NCBI GenBank assembly: GCA_040398445.1
Contig: JBBAUB010000014.1
Span: 1,884-65,883, forward strand
Source of the DNA: Gemmobacter sp.
Lineage (GTDB): Bacteria; Pseudomonadota; Alphaproteobacteria; Rhodobacterales; Rhodobacteraceae
Length of the DNA: 64,000 bases
Reading direction: 5' to 3'
Every line of letters starts with the position of its first letter. The stretch's first letter is position 1. Shown in pieces: positions 1-10,795 of this stretch. Under the pieces are notes generated by a model, which saw nothing but the letters and a program-made list of their open reading frames with translations, was not told the origin of the DNA and did not search any database. The position numbers and the translations under genes were made by a program.

Positions 1-561
1 TGCGGGCAGCCCCCCGTAATACCCCGTCGCGTCGGTAAACGCCTCCAGCTCGTGCAGCGGCAGCGCGATCTCGTAATCCGACCGCGCCCCCCGCATCCAG
101 GCCAGCCGGTCCTCGAAACCCCCCAGCGCCTGCTCTGCCGTGCGCCCCAGTTGCGGGCGGTATTCCCATTCCACCATGCCCCGCGTCTTCAACATATCGG
201 GCAAAGTCGCCGGAACATGCCGTATCTTGTATCCCGCCGCCTCGCGGTGCCAGCCAAAGATCGTCTCGTCGATCAAGGCCCTCGGTGCTTCCGTCACCGT
301 CAGCGACGTCGCCAGCAGGTCCGCCAAAGGCTCCGGCCGCGCCGCCAGCCCCAGCAACCAGTCCGCGCTGATCCCCAAAGCCGCCGCACAATCCGCCGCC
401 AGCTGCGCATTGGGCAACCGCGTCCCGTCCCCCAACAATTGCGAAATCGTCGACCGGTCCACCCCCGTCGCCCGCGCAAGGTCCGACCGGTTCATCCCGC
501 GCTCGGCCATGGATTCGGCCAGCCGCGCCCGGAACATGACCGCCCGGTCCCGCTTGTCCAT
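1..561 (-). CDS. XRE-family helix-turn-helix transcriptional regulator; the C-terminus runs off the left edge of the window
   Basis: Absent from the ORF track because no stop lies in the window. My reverse translation from ATG 561-559 reads MDKRDRAVMFRARLAESMAERGMNRSDLARATGVDRSTISQLLGDGTRLPNAQLAADCAAALGISADWLLGL..., a Cro/C1-type HTH. The frame stays open to position 1 (187 codons). Confidence 0.7.
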   Translation of the reverse strand, partial: MDKRDRAVMFRARLAESMAERGMNRSDLARATGVDRSTISQLLGDGTRLPNAQLAADCAAALGISADWLLGLAARPEPLADLLATSLTVTEAPRALIDETIFGWHREAAGYKIRHVPATLPDMLKTRGMVEWEYRPQLGRTAEQALGGFEDRLAWMRGARSDYEIALPLHELEAFTDATGYYGGLPA

Positions 562-566
562 TTGGC

Positions 567-579
567 TCACCATTGGTGA
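567..579. promoter_or_regulatory. Perfect 6-1-6 palindrome TCACCA-T-TGGTGA in the XRE/desaturase divergent region; candidate XRE operator
   Basis: Read directly from the sequence. It lies 6 nt upstream of the XRE start codon on the minus strand. Confidence 0.35.
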
Positions 580-711
580 TTATCCTCAACAAAGGTGACA
601 TTATGTTGCGTATCTTCAGGATTATTGGCGAAGCGGACAAGTGCTATCTTCGCCCCGCAGGCCGATACGATGCCGGAACGGCACGGGCAGACGGCCACCT
701 TTGGGGACGAC

Positions 712-1665
712 ATGAGCACCAAGAACCAAGGCGTGGAGTGGCCCACGCTGATCCTGCTGGCCACGACCTACGCGGTATGGGCGCTGTCCACGTCGCTGAT
801 ATGGCAGCATTTTCCCGCAGCGGCCATCGCGCTCGCAGGCCTTGCCATCGCGCAATATTCCTCGCTCCAGCACGAAATCCTGCATAGCCACCCCTTCCGT
901 TCGCAGACCCTGAACGAGGCGCTGGCGTTTCCCGCCCTCAACCTTACCGTTCCCTTCGGCCGCTTCCGCGACACCCACCTTGCCCACCATCACGACCCGA
1001 TCCTGACCGATCCCTATGACGACCCCGAATCGAACTACCTCGACCCGGCGGTCTGGGCGCAGGTGCCTGCGCCGACCAAGGCCCTGTTCCGCCTGAACAA
1101 TACCTTGCTTGGCCGCATCCTTCTCGGCCCCATCCTCGGCAATCTCATGTGGCTGCACACCGAAGCACGGCTATTGCGGCAAAACGCTTCAGGCTGCCGC
1201 CGCGCATGGGTGCTGCATCTGGGTGGCCTCGCTCTCGTCGCGCTCTGGCTGTCGGTCACCGCGATGCCATGGTGGGCCTATCTGCTTGCCGCCTATGTCG
1301 GCCACGCCCTGCTCAAGATCCGCACCTTCCTCGAACACCGCGCCCACGAAGCCGCCCGCGCCCGCACCGTCATCGTCGAAGACCGCGGCCCGCTTGCCCT
1401 GTTGTTTCTCAACAATAATCTGCATGTCGTCCACCACATGCACCCATCGGTACCGTGGTACAGGCTGCCCGCGACCTATGCCGCCAACCGCGACCATTAC
1501 CGCCGCCGCAACGAAGGCTACGTCTTCCGCTCTTACGCCGAAGTCTTCACCCGCTACCTGTTCCGCGCCAAAGACCCCGTGCCGCACCCGCTGATGCACG
1601 CACCAGCCGACGCACCCCGCCAAAACGCGCAGGACGTACCCGCCCGAACCAGCGCGATCACCTGA
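712..1665 (+). CDS. Membrane fatty-acid desaturase family protein
   Basis: Three histidine boxes are present: HEILHSH, HLAHHH and HVVHHMH. There are hydrophobic N-terminal segments. ORF 595..1665 was trimmed to ATG 712, which is preceded by GGGGA; ATG 670 or 595 remain possible. Confidence 0.75.
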   Translation: MSTKNQGVEWPTLILLATTYAVWALSTSLIWQHFPAAAIALAGLAIAQYSSLQHEILHSHPFRSQTLNEALAFPALNLTVPFGRFRDTHLAHHHDPILTDPYDDPESNYLDPAVWAQVPAPTKALFRLNNTLLGRILLGPILGNLMWLHTEARLLRQNASGCRRAWVLHLGGLALVALWLSVTAMPWWAYLLAAYVGHALLKIRTFLEHRAHEAARARTVIVEDRGPLALLFLNNNLHVVHHMHPSVPWYRLPATYAANRDHYRRRNEGYVFRSYAEVFTRYLFRAKDPVPHPLMHAPADAPRQNAQDVPARTSAIT

Positions 1666-1730
1666 CCGCGAGCAGGCAACCAAACGCGTTTTCCCGTGCT
1701 ACACTCCCCGCAACCAAAGGGAGTCCCGCC

Positions 1731-2294
1731 ATGCGTCGCCTTGCCGCCCTGCTCGTTCTGCTTGCCGCCGCGCCAGCGCAGGCCGCCCCCGTGCCCTACG
1801 ATCTGCAACCCGACCAATCCACCGTCGGGTTCGAAACCGATTTCGGCCCCGACCACATCACCGGCGCGATGCCGGTCAAATCGGCGCATCTGGTGCTCGA
1901 CTTCGATCAGGTCGCCAATTGCGTCATCGACGTATCGCTTGACGTCAGCAATGCCAACGCTTCGTTCCCCTTTGCCGCCCAAGCGATGAAAGGACCAAAA
2001 GTCCTTGATTCCGCGGCCTTTCCCGAAATGGTCTTCCGCTCGACCGCCATCCGCCGCGCGGGCGACGGGGCCTTTGTCGACGGCACACTCACCATCCGCG
2101 GCGTCACCCGCCCCGTTACCCTCGATGCCTCGATCTACCGGCAAAAGGGCTCGGATGCAGGCGATCTCTCGCACCTTACCGTGCTGTTGACAGGCAAGGT
2201 CAACCGCTCCGACTATGGCGCGACAGGCTGGAACGACATGGTGGGCGACGAAGTCCGCCTCAAGATTACCGCCCGCATCGCAAGAGCCGAGTGA
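1731..2294 (+). CDS. YceI-like periplasmic polyisoprenoid-binding protein
   Basis: Signal peptide MRRLAALLVLLAAAPAQA followed by a YceI-like body (PYDLQPDQSTVGFETD..., TIRGVTRPVTL). AAGGGAG RBS at 1717-1723. ORF 1455..2294 was trimmed. Confidence 0.8.
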   Translation: MRRLAALLVLLAAAPAQAAPVPYDLQPDQSTVGFETDFGPDHITGAMPVKSAHLVLDFDQVANCVIDVSLDVSNANASFPFAAQAMKGPKVLDSAAFPEMVFRSTAIRRAGDGAFVDGTLTIRGVTRPVTLDASIYRQKGSDAGDLSHLTVLLTGKVNRSDYGATGWNDMVGDEVRLKITARIARAE

Positions 2295-2309
2295 ACAGGG
2301 GCCGTCCAC

Positions 2310-2849
2310 ATGCACTTTCGCAACACCGCTGACCGCTTCGGCATCATCACCCGCGCCTTGCACTGGACCATCGCCGTGTTGATCGTCGTGCAACTGCCGC
2401 TTGGTCTGCGCCTGTCCGGCCTGCAACCGGGCCTTGCAAACCTCTGGCTCTATTCGTTTCACAAATCGCTCGGACTGACGGTCTTTGTCCTGATGACGGC
2501 CCGCATCCTGTGGCACGTCGCCTCGCCCCCACCCGCCCCGCAAGGCAGCGGCTGGCAGGCCCGCGCGGCCAAGGCGGTGCATTGGACGATCTACGGCCTG
2601 ATGGTCGTCATTCCGCTCTCGGGCTGGGCCGCCAGCAGCGCCACCGGCATCGACGTCATGCTTTTCGACCGCTGGGTTGTGCCCCCTATCGCCCCCGTTT
2701 CCGAAGCTTGGGAAGTCGCAGGCTTCGCGATCCACGATATCGCGACCAAACTCCTCATGGCGCTTCTGGCGCTTCATATCGGCGCGGCCCTCAAGCGCGA
2801 GATGGACGGTGACGGCACGCTGACCCGCATGATCAAAGGTCGCGTCTGA
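2310..2849 (+). CDS. Cytochrome b561 family protein (CybB/YceJ-like)
   Basis: MHFRNTADRFGIITRALHWTIAVLIVVQLPLG... with four TM segments and conserved His residues. It forms the classic yceJ-yceI type pairing with the upstream gene. Confidence 0.8.
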   Translation: MHFRNTADRFGIITRALHWTIAVLIVVQLPLGLRLSGLQPGLANLWLYSFHKSLGLTVFVLMTARILWHVASPPPAPQGSGWQARAAKAVHWTIYGLMVVIPLSGWAASSATGIDVMLFDRWVVPPIAPVSEAWEVAGFAIHDIATKLLMALLALHIGAALKREMDGDGTLTRMIKGRV

Positions 2850-2997
2850 CCCATCACGCTGCGGTTAGTTCCGGCACGGAAATGGCGCGCCGGTTTCATA
2901 AAAAATCCGCCCGCAAACCGCGGCAAAAGCCCCTATCCTCTGGCCCTCCGACACGCCCCGCGCTAGAACCCGCGCGGACCGGATAAAAGGCGCGGCA

Positions 2998-4716
2998 ATG
3001 GCACGAATTCTGATCACATCCGCCATCCCATACATCAACGGGATCAAGCACCTTGGCAACCTCGTCGGCAGCCAGTTGCCCGCCGACCTTTTCGCCCGTT
3101 TCATGCGCGCCCGCGGCCACGAGGTGATGTTCATCTGCGCCACAGACGAACATGGTACCCCCGCCGAACTCGCCGCAGCCAAGGCCGGTAAACCGGTCGA
3201 AGACTACTGCGCCGAAATGCACGAGGTGCAAAAGAAACTGGCCCAAGGCTTCCGCCTGTCGTTCGACCATTTCGGCCGCTCGTCCTCGCAGCGCAACCAC
3301 CGACTGACCCAGCATTTCGCCGGAAAGCTTGCCGAAAACGGGCTGATCGAGGAAGTCCTTGAAAAGCAGGTCTTTTCCATCGACGACGACCGCTTCTTGC
3401 CCGACCGCTACATCACCGGCACCTGCCCAAACTGCGGCAACACCAGCGCCCGTGGCGACCAGTGCGAGGAATGCACCAAGCAACTCGATCCCACCGACCT
3501 GATCAGCCCACGCTCGTCGATCTCGGGCTCGACCAACCTCGAAGTGCGCGAGACGAAACACCTGTTCCTGCGCCAGCGCAGCCTGCGCGACAAACTGGAA
3601 GCATGGATCGACTCCAAGACCGATTGGCCGATCCTGACGACATCCATCGCAAAGAAATGGCTGAACGATGGTGACGGGTTGCAGGATCGCGGCATCACGC
3701 GCGACCTGTACTGGGGCATTCCGGTCAAAAAGGGCGACCAGCCTTGGCCGGGGATGGAGGGCAAGGTGTTCTACGTCTGGTTCGATGCCCCCATCGAATA
3801 TATCGCAGGCACCGCCGAATGGGCCGACGCACATGGCAAGCCCGACGCCGAATGGGAACGCTGGTGGCGCACCGACAAGGGTGCCTCCGACGTGACCTAT
3901 TACCAGTTCATGGGCAAGGACAACGTGCCCTTCCATACGCTCAGCTTCCCCGCCACCATCCTCGGGTCGGGCGAGCCGTGGAAGCTTGTCGATTACCTCA
4001 AATCCTTCAACTACCTGAATTATGACGGAGGCCAGTTCTCGACCTCTCAAGGTCGCGGCGTCTTCATGGATCAGGCGCTCTCGATCCTTCCGGCTGATTA
4101 CTGGCGCTGGTGGCTGCTGTCGCACGCGCCCGAATCCTCGGATTCGGAATTCACATGGGAGAATTTCCAAAGCTCGGTGAACAAGGATCTGGCCGACGTT
4201 CTTGGCAACCTCGTCTCTCGCGTCACGAAATTCGCTACGTCGAAATTCGGCGCGACCATCCCCGATGGCGGCACATTCGGCCCGCAGGAAACCGCCCTGA
4301 TTGCCGACCTCGCCACCCGCATCCGCGACTACGAAACGTTGATGGAACAGATGGAGGTCCGCAAGGCCGCCGCCGAACTGCGTGCGATCTGGGTCATCGG
4401 TAACGAATACCTGCAATCCGCCGCGCCGTGGAGCGTGGTCAAGACCGATCCCGAACGGGCACAGGCGCAAATCCGCCTCGCCCTCAACCTGATCCGCGTC
4501 TACGCCATCTTGTCACAACCCTTCATTCCCGATGCCTCGGCCGCGATGATGCAGGCGATGGGCTCGGCCGACTGGTCATGGCCCGACGACGTTCCTGCCG
4601 CGATGCGCGCCCTGCCCGCAGGTGCCACCTTCTCGGTGCCGGAAAATCTGTTCCGCAAGATCACCGACGAAGAACGCGCCGATTGGCAAAGCCGCTTCTC
4701 GGGCATCCGCGCGTGA
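2998..4716 (+). CDS. metG: Methionine--tRNA ligase
   Basis: Class I aaRS N-terminus [22 protein letters not shown], zinc knuckle [19 protein letters not shown], and KMSKS-equivalent FSTSQGRGV. 572 aa short form. Confidence 0.9.
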   Translation: MARILITSAIPYINGIKHLGNLVGSQLPADLFARFMRARGHEVMFICATDEHGTPAELAAAKAGKPVEDYCAEMHEVQKKLAQGFRLSFDHFGRSSSQRNHRLTQHFAGKLAENGLIEEVLEKQVFSIDDDRFLPDRYITGTCPNCGNTSARGDQCEECTKQLDPTDLISPRSSISGSTNLEVRETKHLFLRQRSLRDKLEAWIDSKTDWPILTTSIAKKWLNDGDGLQDRGITRDLYWGIPVKKGDQPWPGMEGKVFYVWFDAPIEYIAGTAEWADAHGKPDAEWERWWRTDKGASDVTYYQFMGKDNVPFHTLSFPATILGSGEPWKLVDYLKSFNYLNYDGGQFSTSQGRGVFMDQALSILPADYWRWWLLSHAPESSDSEFTWENFQSSVNKDLADVLGNLVSRVTKFATSKFGATIPDGGTFGPQETALIADLATRIRDYETLMEQMEVRKAAAELRAIWVIGNEYLQSAAPWSVVKTDPERAQAQIRLALNLIRVYAILSQPFIPDASAAMMQAMGSADWSWPDDVPAAMRALPAGATFSVPENLFRKITDEERADWQSRFSGIRA

Positions 4717-4729
4717 CCTCATTTTCTGC

Positions 4730-4795
4730 TTCAAGATATCCTCGGGGAGAGGGTCGCGCCGTGCGACCTGTGGGGGGCAGAAAGCCCCCCGCGCC
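4730..4795 (+). repeat. Intergenic bipartite repeat, copy A (arm TTCAAGATATCCTCGGGG plus G6-CAGAAAG-C6 hairpin at 4772-4790)
   Basis: Matches the reverse complement of copy B (TTCAAATATCCTCGGGGG ... GGGGGCGGAAAGCCCCC). Lies between metG and the AKR gene. Confidence 0.6.
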
Positions 4796-4816
4796 CCGCC
4801 AGCAACGGAGCGCAAC

Positions 4817-5806
4817 ATGACCCTTTCGACCACCACCTTCGGCAAAACCGGACGCAGCACCACCCGCATCGGCTTTGGCGCATGGGCCATCGGCGGGTCT
4901 TGGGGTGACGTATCCGAAGCCGACGCGAAAGCCACGCTCGAAGCCGCGCTCGACGCCGGCATGACCTTTATCGACACCGCCGATGTCTATGGGGACGGCC
5001 GCTCGGAAAATATCATCCGCGACGTGCTGAAAAGCCGCACGGACAAACCCTTTGTCGCCACCAAGGCAGGCCGCAGCCTGAACCCGCATACTGCCGCAGG
5101 CTACACGTCTGCCAATATCGAAGCCTTCATCGACCGCAGCCTGACGAACCTCGGCATCGATTGCCTCGACCTTGTGCAACTCCACTGCCCCCCGACCGAA
5201 GCCTATTATGCCCCCGCCCTGTTCGACGGGATGGAGGCACTGAAGACAAAGGGCAAGATCGCGCAATGGGGCGTTTCGGTAGAAAAGGTGGAAGAGGCGC
5301 TGAAAGCCATCGAATACCCCGGATGCGCTTCGGTCCAGATCATCTACAACATCTTCCGCCAGCGCCCCGAGACCCTGTTCTTCCGCGAAGCCCAGGCCCG
5401 CAAGGTAGCCGTGATCGCCCGCGTCCCCCTCGCCTCGGGCATGCTCACCGGAAAGCTGACCGCCGCATCCACCTTTGCCGCCGACGACCATCGCGCCTTT
5501 AACCGCAATGGCGAGGCCTTTGACATGGGCGAAACCTTCTCGGGCGTGCCTTACGATGTCGGCCTGCAAGCGGTCGAGGAATTGCGGGCGTTTGTGCCGC
5601 AAGGTGCTACCATGGCGCAATTCGCCCTGCGCTGGATTCTGATGCAGGACGCCGTCACGGTAGTGATCCCCGGGGCCCGCACGCCCGCGCAATCGGCCGC
5701 CAACGCGGGCGCCGACGCCCTCGCCCCGCTGCCTGCCACGACCATGGACGCCTGCCGCGACATCTACACCCGCCTGATCGCCCCCCACGTCCACCAGCGC
5801 TGGTAA
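4817..5806 (+). CDS. Aldo/keto reductase
   Basis: MTLSTTTFGKTGRSTTRIGFGAWAIGGSWG...DTADVYGDGRSE... is a typical AKR. ORF 4622..5806 was trimmed to ATG 4817, which has ACGGAG upstream. Confidence 0.85.
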   Translation: MTLSTTTFGKTGRSTTRIGFGAWAIGGSWGDVSEADAKATLEAALDAGMTFIDTADVYGDGRSENIIRDVLKSRTDKPFVATKAGRSLNPHTAAGYTSANIEAFIDRSLTNLGIDCLDLVQLHCPPTEAYYAPALFDGMEALKTKGKIAQWGVSVEKVEEALKAIEYPGCASVQIIYNIFRQRPETLFFREAQARKVAVIARVPLASGMLTGKLTAASTFAADDHRAFNRNGEAFDMGETFSGVPYDVGLQAVEELRAFVPQGATMAQFALRWILMQDAVTVVIPGARTPAQSAANAGADALAPLPATTMDACRDIYTRLIAPHVHQRW

Positions 5807-5818
5807 CCCCCACCCCGA

Positions 5819-5840
5819 CCCTCCCCCGAACGGGGGAGGG
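5819..5840 (+). terminator. Perfect 9-bp GC hairpin CCCTCCCCC-GAAC-GGGGGAGGG 13 nt after the AKR stop; no U-tract
   Basis: Read directly from the sequence. The lack of a T-run makes terminator function uncertain. Confidence 0.3.
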
Positions 5841-5877
5841 GGCGCGAACCCTCTGGCACCTTTGCATCATGGACAGG

Positions 5878-5930
5878 GCAAGGGGGCTTTCCGCCCCCTC
5901 GGCTTCGCCTCACCCCCGAGGATATTTGAA
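5878..5930 (-). repeat. Intergenic bipartite repeat, copy B, inverted relative to copy A
   Basis: GGGGGC-TTTCC-GCCCCC hairpin at 5882-5898 and arm CCCCGAGGATATTTGAA at 5914-5930. Confidence 0.6.
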
Positions 5931-6015
5931 CCAGCGTGAAAGATCGGTCTTTGGCAAGGCACGCTCGTTTGGCAGAGATGGCAAACGTTTCTCGCTGGTT
6001 CCGGCAGGCAAAATG

Positions 6016-7389
6016 TCAGGCGACGGGTACCACGCCCGCCAGAACCTCGCCCGCCGCCAACAGCACATCCTCGCGGTGCCAGTCGGCCAGCAATTGAACG
6101 CCCATTGGCGTGGCCCCCGTCAGGTCGGTCGTCACCACCAGACCCGGCAGTCCCATCAGCGGCGGCGCGATCTGCGGCATCTGCGCCGCCAGCACCCGCG
6201 CGAAGCTTGTCTCGTCTTGCACATCCAGATGGTCGGGGAATGGCGGTTCGCCCGACACGGGGCACAGCACCAGCGGCCAGTCGGCCAGAAACATCCGCCA
6301 CAGCCGCGTCAGCCGCGCCCGCGCCTGCAAATCGCGCATCAGCCCGTCGACGGTCAGCGGGGCCACCATCCGGTCGAGACAGCCATAGACGAATGACGCG
6401 TCCGGATCGCCCTCGTCGGCCACGGCCTTGGCCGAGGCGTGGCGCATGTCGGCCATCCACAGGCGTAACTGCACCTCGCACGCTTCGCGCCAAGGCGGGG
6501 TTGCCAGTTCTTCGACCACATACCCGGCATCGGCCAACCGCCCAGCCGCAGCCCGCAGCGCCGCGCGCACCGTGGAGTGGACCGCCATTCCATCAGGTGC
6601 CAAGCAAAGCGCCACCTTACATGCCACGGGCGGCCCCTCTGGCGGCATCGCAATGCGCCACGGATCGCGCGGATCGGGGGCGGCCATTGCTGCCAGCCCC
6701 AGCCGCAGATCGGGAATAGACCGCGCAATCGGCCCCGAAACAGCCATCAGCTGCCCGCCGATCAGCCGGTCCGCTGCCGTGCCATTATAAGCGGGCACCC
6801 GCCCGAGCGAGGGGCGCAGCCCATGCACACCGCATGCATACGCCGGATAACGGATCGACCCTGCGATATCGGTGCCATGCGCCAGCGCACCCATTCCCGA
6901 GGCGACCGCCGCCCCTGCACCGCCCGACGATCCGCCCGGCGTCACGCCTGCCGCGCGCGGATTGACCGTAGCCCCGTGTGCCGAATTGCGGGTGAACCAG
7001 CGCAAGCTGAACGCAGGCGTGTTGGTCCGCCCGACGATCACCGCTCCCGCCCGCCGCAGCGAGGCCACGACCGGACTGTCGCCTTGCGCCACCAGCCCCG
7101 CTTGCAGCCGCAATCCGTTCGTCGTGGCATGACCCGTCTGGTCGATGTTCACCTTGACCGTGACCGGCACACCTGCCAGCGGCCCCGCAGCCTCGCCCCG
7201 TGCCAAAGTTGCATCGACCGCATCCGCCGCCGCAAGCGCCGCGTCGTCGCAGCGCTGCGCGATGGCGTTGAACCGGCCATTCACCGCCCCGATCCGAGTT
7301 AAGGCCGCCAGCGCCACCTCGCGGGCAGATACCTGCCGCGACGTGACCAGCCCCGCCACTTCGGTCGCTGTCAGATCGGCCAAACCCAT
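6016..7389 (-). CDS. Amidase-signature family amidase
   Basis: GGSSGGAGAAVASG motif and GTDIAGSIRYPA. ORF 6016..7416 was trimmed to MGLADLTATEV (ATG at 7389). Confidence 0.85.
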   Translation of the reverse strand: MGLADLTATEVAGLVTSRQVSAREVALAALTRIGAVNGRFNAIAQRCDDAALAAADAVDATLARGEAAGPLAGVPVTVKVNIDQTGHATTNGLRLQAGLVAQGDSPVVASLRRAGAVIVGRTNTPAFSLRWFTRNSAHGATVNPRAAGVTPGGSSGGAGAAVASGMGALAHGTDIAGSIRYPAYACGVHGLRPSLGRVPAYNGTAADRLIGGQLMAVSGPIARSIPDLRLGLAAMAAPDPRDPWRIAMPPEGPPVACKVALCLAPDGMAVHSTVRAALRAAAGRLADAGYVVEELATPPWREACEVQLRLWMADMRHASAKAVADEGDPDASFVYGCLDRMVAPLTVDGLMRDLQARARLTRLWRMFLADWPLVLCPVSGEPPFPDHLDVQDETSFARVLAAQMPQIAPPLMGLPGLVVTTDLTGATPMGVQLLADWHREDVLLAAGEVLAGVVPVA

Positions 7390-7480
7390 GCAAAACCCTC
7401 TGCGCTGGGGCGGCACCTAACTTTGGGCTACCCGTTCAAGCTGTCCCGAGGCTAGGCGCAGGGCGCGTGCGGCGCAACCG

Positions 7481-8920
7481 TTACCCACGCAGGTAATCTT
7501 CCAGCACCGCCCGCGTGCCGCGTGTTGCAAGATCGGTCAGGAATCCCGCGAAGCAGTCGATCACCGCCGCATCCTTGCCGACCGCGCCATAGATATCCTC
7601 CATCGCCAGCCATTTCGCCGGATCGCCCGCCGCTGCCTTGGCCACCGTTTGCAGGCGGTCCCAGTTCGGATCGTTGGGTGCGATCACCGCCCCGTCGTCG
7701 GCCATGCCCGCGCAATAGCGGCACCACAGCGCCGAGCACAGGATCAGCCCGCGCGGCAACCGTCCCGCCGCCAGATTGTCGGCAATCGACGGGATGATGA
7801 ATTTCGGTTGCCGGTTCGACCCGTCAAGACACAGCCGCCGCTCGGTATCGGCCACTTCGGGATTGGAAAAGCGCGACTGGATAAGAGCATAGTAGTCGCC
7901 CAGATCGGTGCCCGGCACCGGCGGCACGATGGGGATGATCTCGTCACGTTCGACCTTGTCGAGAAGTCCCAGAATCAACGGATCGGCCATCGCCTCGTGC
8001 ACATATTCGATCCCCATCAGCCCGCCGGGATAGGCGATGATCGCATGTCCCCCGTTCAGGATGCGGATCTTCATCGCCTCGAAGGCATGCACATGGTCGG
8101 TGAAAGTCACCCCCACCTCTTCCAGCGGCGGACGCCCTGCGGTGAAGCGGTCTTCCAATACCCATTGCCGGAACGGCTCGCAGGTCACTGGAACCGGATC
8201 GTCGCCAAGACCGAAGCGCGCCGCCATCGCCCGTTCGCGCGGTCCGGTGGCGGGGGTGATGCGGTCCACCATGGCGTTGGGAAAGGCAACGTTGGCTGCA
8301 ATCCACGCGGCAAAGGCCGGGTCCGACAGCCGCGCCAGCCCGACCACCGCCGCCTGCGTCACATGGCCATTGCCCGGCAGGTTGTCACAAGACATCACGG
8401 TAAAGGGCACCACACCCGCCGCGCGCCGCAAGCGCAGAGCGGCGATGATCGCCCCAAAGGCCGTTGCGGGCTGCGACGGCTTTGCGCCGTCCGCCACGAT
8501 TTCGGGATGCGCGGGGTCGAAGGCCCCCGTTGCCGGATCGACGAAATAGCCGCCTTCCGTCACGGTCAGCGACACGATCCTGATCGCCGGATCGGCCATC
8601 GCCGCTATCAGCGCCGCGTTGTCGGGTTGCACTTCGATGAAACCTATCATCGACCCGACGCGCCGCGCCCGATGACCCGAAGGATCAAGCTCGATCACCG
8701 TCGAAAGACAATCCTGCGCCATAAGCGCCTCGCGCATCCGCGCATCGCCGGCCCGCACGCCCGCACCCAGAATGGCCCAATCCTGCGCCAGCCCCTTGGC
8801 GAAGAGGTCGTCCAGATAGACCGCCATATGGGCGCGGTGGAAATTGCCCAGCCCGATATGCACGATACCGGCTTTCAGCTTGCTGCGGTCGTAGGCGGGC
8901 ATTTCGACAGTGTGGGTCAT
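7481..8920 (-). CDS. mtlK: Mannitol 2-dehydrogenase (long-chain mannitol dehydrogenase family)
   Basis: MTHTVEMPAYDRSKLKAGIVHIGLGNFHRAHMAVYLDDL... It is the last gene of a smo-type polyol operon, as in R. sphaeroides. Confidence 0.8.
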   Translation of the reverse strand: MTHTVEMPAYDRSKLKAGIVHIGLGNFHRAHMAVYLDDLFAKGLAQDWAILGAGVRAGDARMREALMAQDCLSTVIELDPSGHRARRVGSMIGFIEVQPDNAALIAAMADPAIRIVSLTVTEGGYFVDPATGAFDPAHPEIVADGAKPSQPATAFGAIIAALRLRRAAGVVPFTVMSCDNLPGNGHVTQAAVVGLARLSDPAFAAWIAANVAFPNAMVDRITPATGPRERAMAARFGLGDDPVPVTCEPFRQWVLEDRFTAGRPPLEEVGVTFTDHVHAFEAMKIRILNGGHAIIAYPGGLMGIEYVHEAMADPLILGLLDKVERDEIIPIVPPVPGTDLGDYYALIQSRFSNPEVADTERRLCLDGSNRQPKFIIPSIADNLAAGRLPRGLILCSALWCRYCAGMADDGAVIAPNDPNWDRLQTVAKAAAGDPAKWLAMEDIYGAVGKDAAVIDCFAGFLTDLATRGTRAVLEDYLRG

Positions 8921-9022
8921 GGTCTTGCCTTCAGGATTTGAACGCCTCGCCACCTGCGGCTGCGGGGCGGCGAAGCAGCGACCCGCACGCTGCGGGCCAT
9001 GTACGGGGCGGGGCGGCCAGCC

Positions 9023-9789
9023 TTAGGCCAGCCAGTTCCCGCCATCGACGCCGAAAGTCTGGGCCACGACGTAATCGGCTTCGGGCGTGGCAAGAAAGAT
9101 TGCCATGCCAGTCAGGTCTGCCGCCGTCCCCATCCTCCCGAAGGGCACCGCTGCGCCCACTTCGCGCTTCTTCAGGCCGGGGGCCTTGCCTTCGTACTTG
9201 GCAAAGAACGCATCCACCCCGTCCCAATGTTCGCCATCTACCACGCCGGGCGCGATGGCGTTGACGTTGATGCCGTGGGTGATCAGGTTCAGCCCAGCAC
9301 TTTGCGTCAGGCTAATGACCGCCGCCTTGGTGGCGCAATAAACCGCCACAAGCGATTCACCGCGGCGTCCGGCCTGGCTTGCCATGTTGATGATCTTGCC
9401 GCCCTGCCCGCGTTCGATCATGTGCTTTGCCGCTGCCTGCAGGCAAAAGAGCGTGCCTGCCACGTTCACCGCAAAGAGTTTGTCGTAATCGGCCCGCGTG
9501 ATCTCGTCGATCGGGGCCGCGGTGAACAAGGCGGCGTTGTTCACCAGAATGTCCAACTTGCCCATAGCAGAAATCGCCGCCGCGAAGCCCGCGTCGATGC
9601 TGTCCTGCCGAGTCACGTCCATCTGCACGGCCTGCGCCTTCGGCCCCAGATCGGCCACAGCCCGCTCTAGCGCACTTGCGTTGATATCGGCCAAAGCCAC
9701 CGTCGCGCCCTCGGCGATGTAAGCCCGCGCGAATTCGAAGCCGATGCCCCGCGCGGCACCCGTGATCAACGCCGTCTTGCCTGCCAATC

Positions 9790-9793
<4 letters not shown>
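9023..9793 (-). CDS. smoS: Sorbitol dehydrogenase, short-chain dehydrogenase/reductase
   Basis: [22 protein letters not shown]...[39 protein letters not shown]...VDGGNWLA closely resembles R. sphaeroides SmoS as I recall it. ATGA overlap with the smoK stop at 9790-9793. Confidence 0.85.
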
Positions 9794-10788
<995 letters not shown>

Positions 10789-10795
10789 GTCGCCC

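Noticed and set aside
2896-4470. Long antisense ORFs opposite real genes. Examples are 2896..4470 opposite metG, 1554..2777, 12682..14025 opposite smoE, 18584..20152, 24429..26297, 35151..36866, 46666..48630, 50314..52371 and 54207..56102.
   Set aside because: These are typical shadow ORFs of high-GC DNA. Their translations are Arg/Gly/Ala/Pro-rich and low in complexity, with no recognisable motifs, whereas the opposite strand encodes clear family members.
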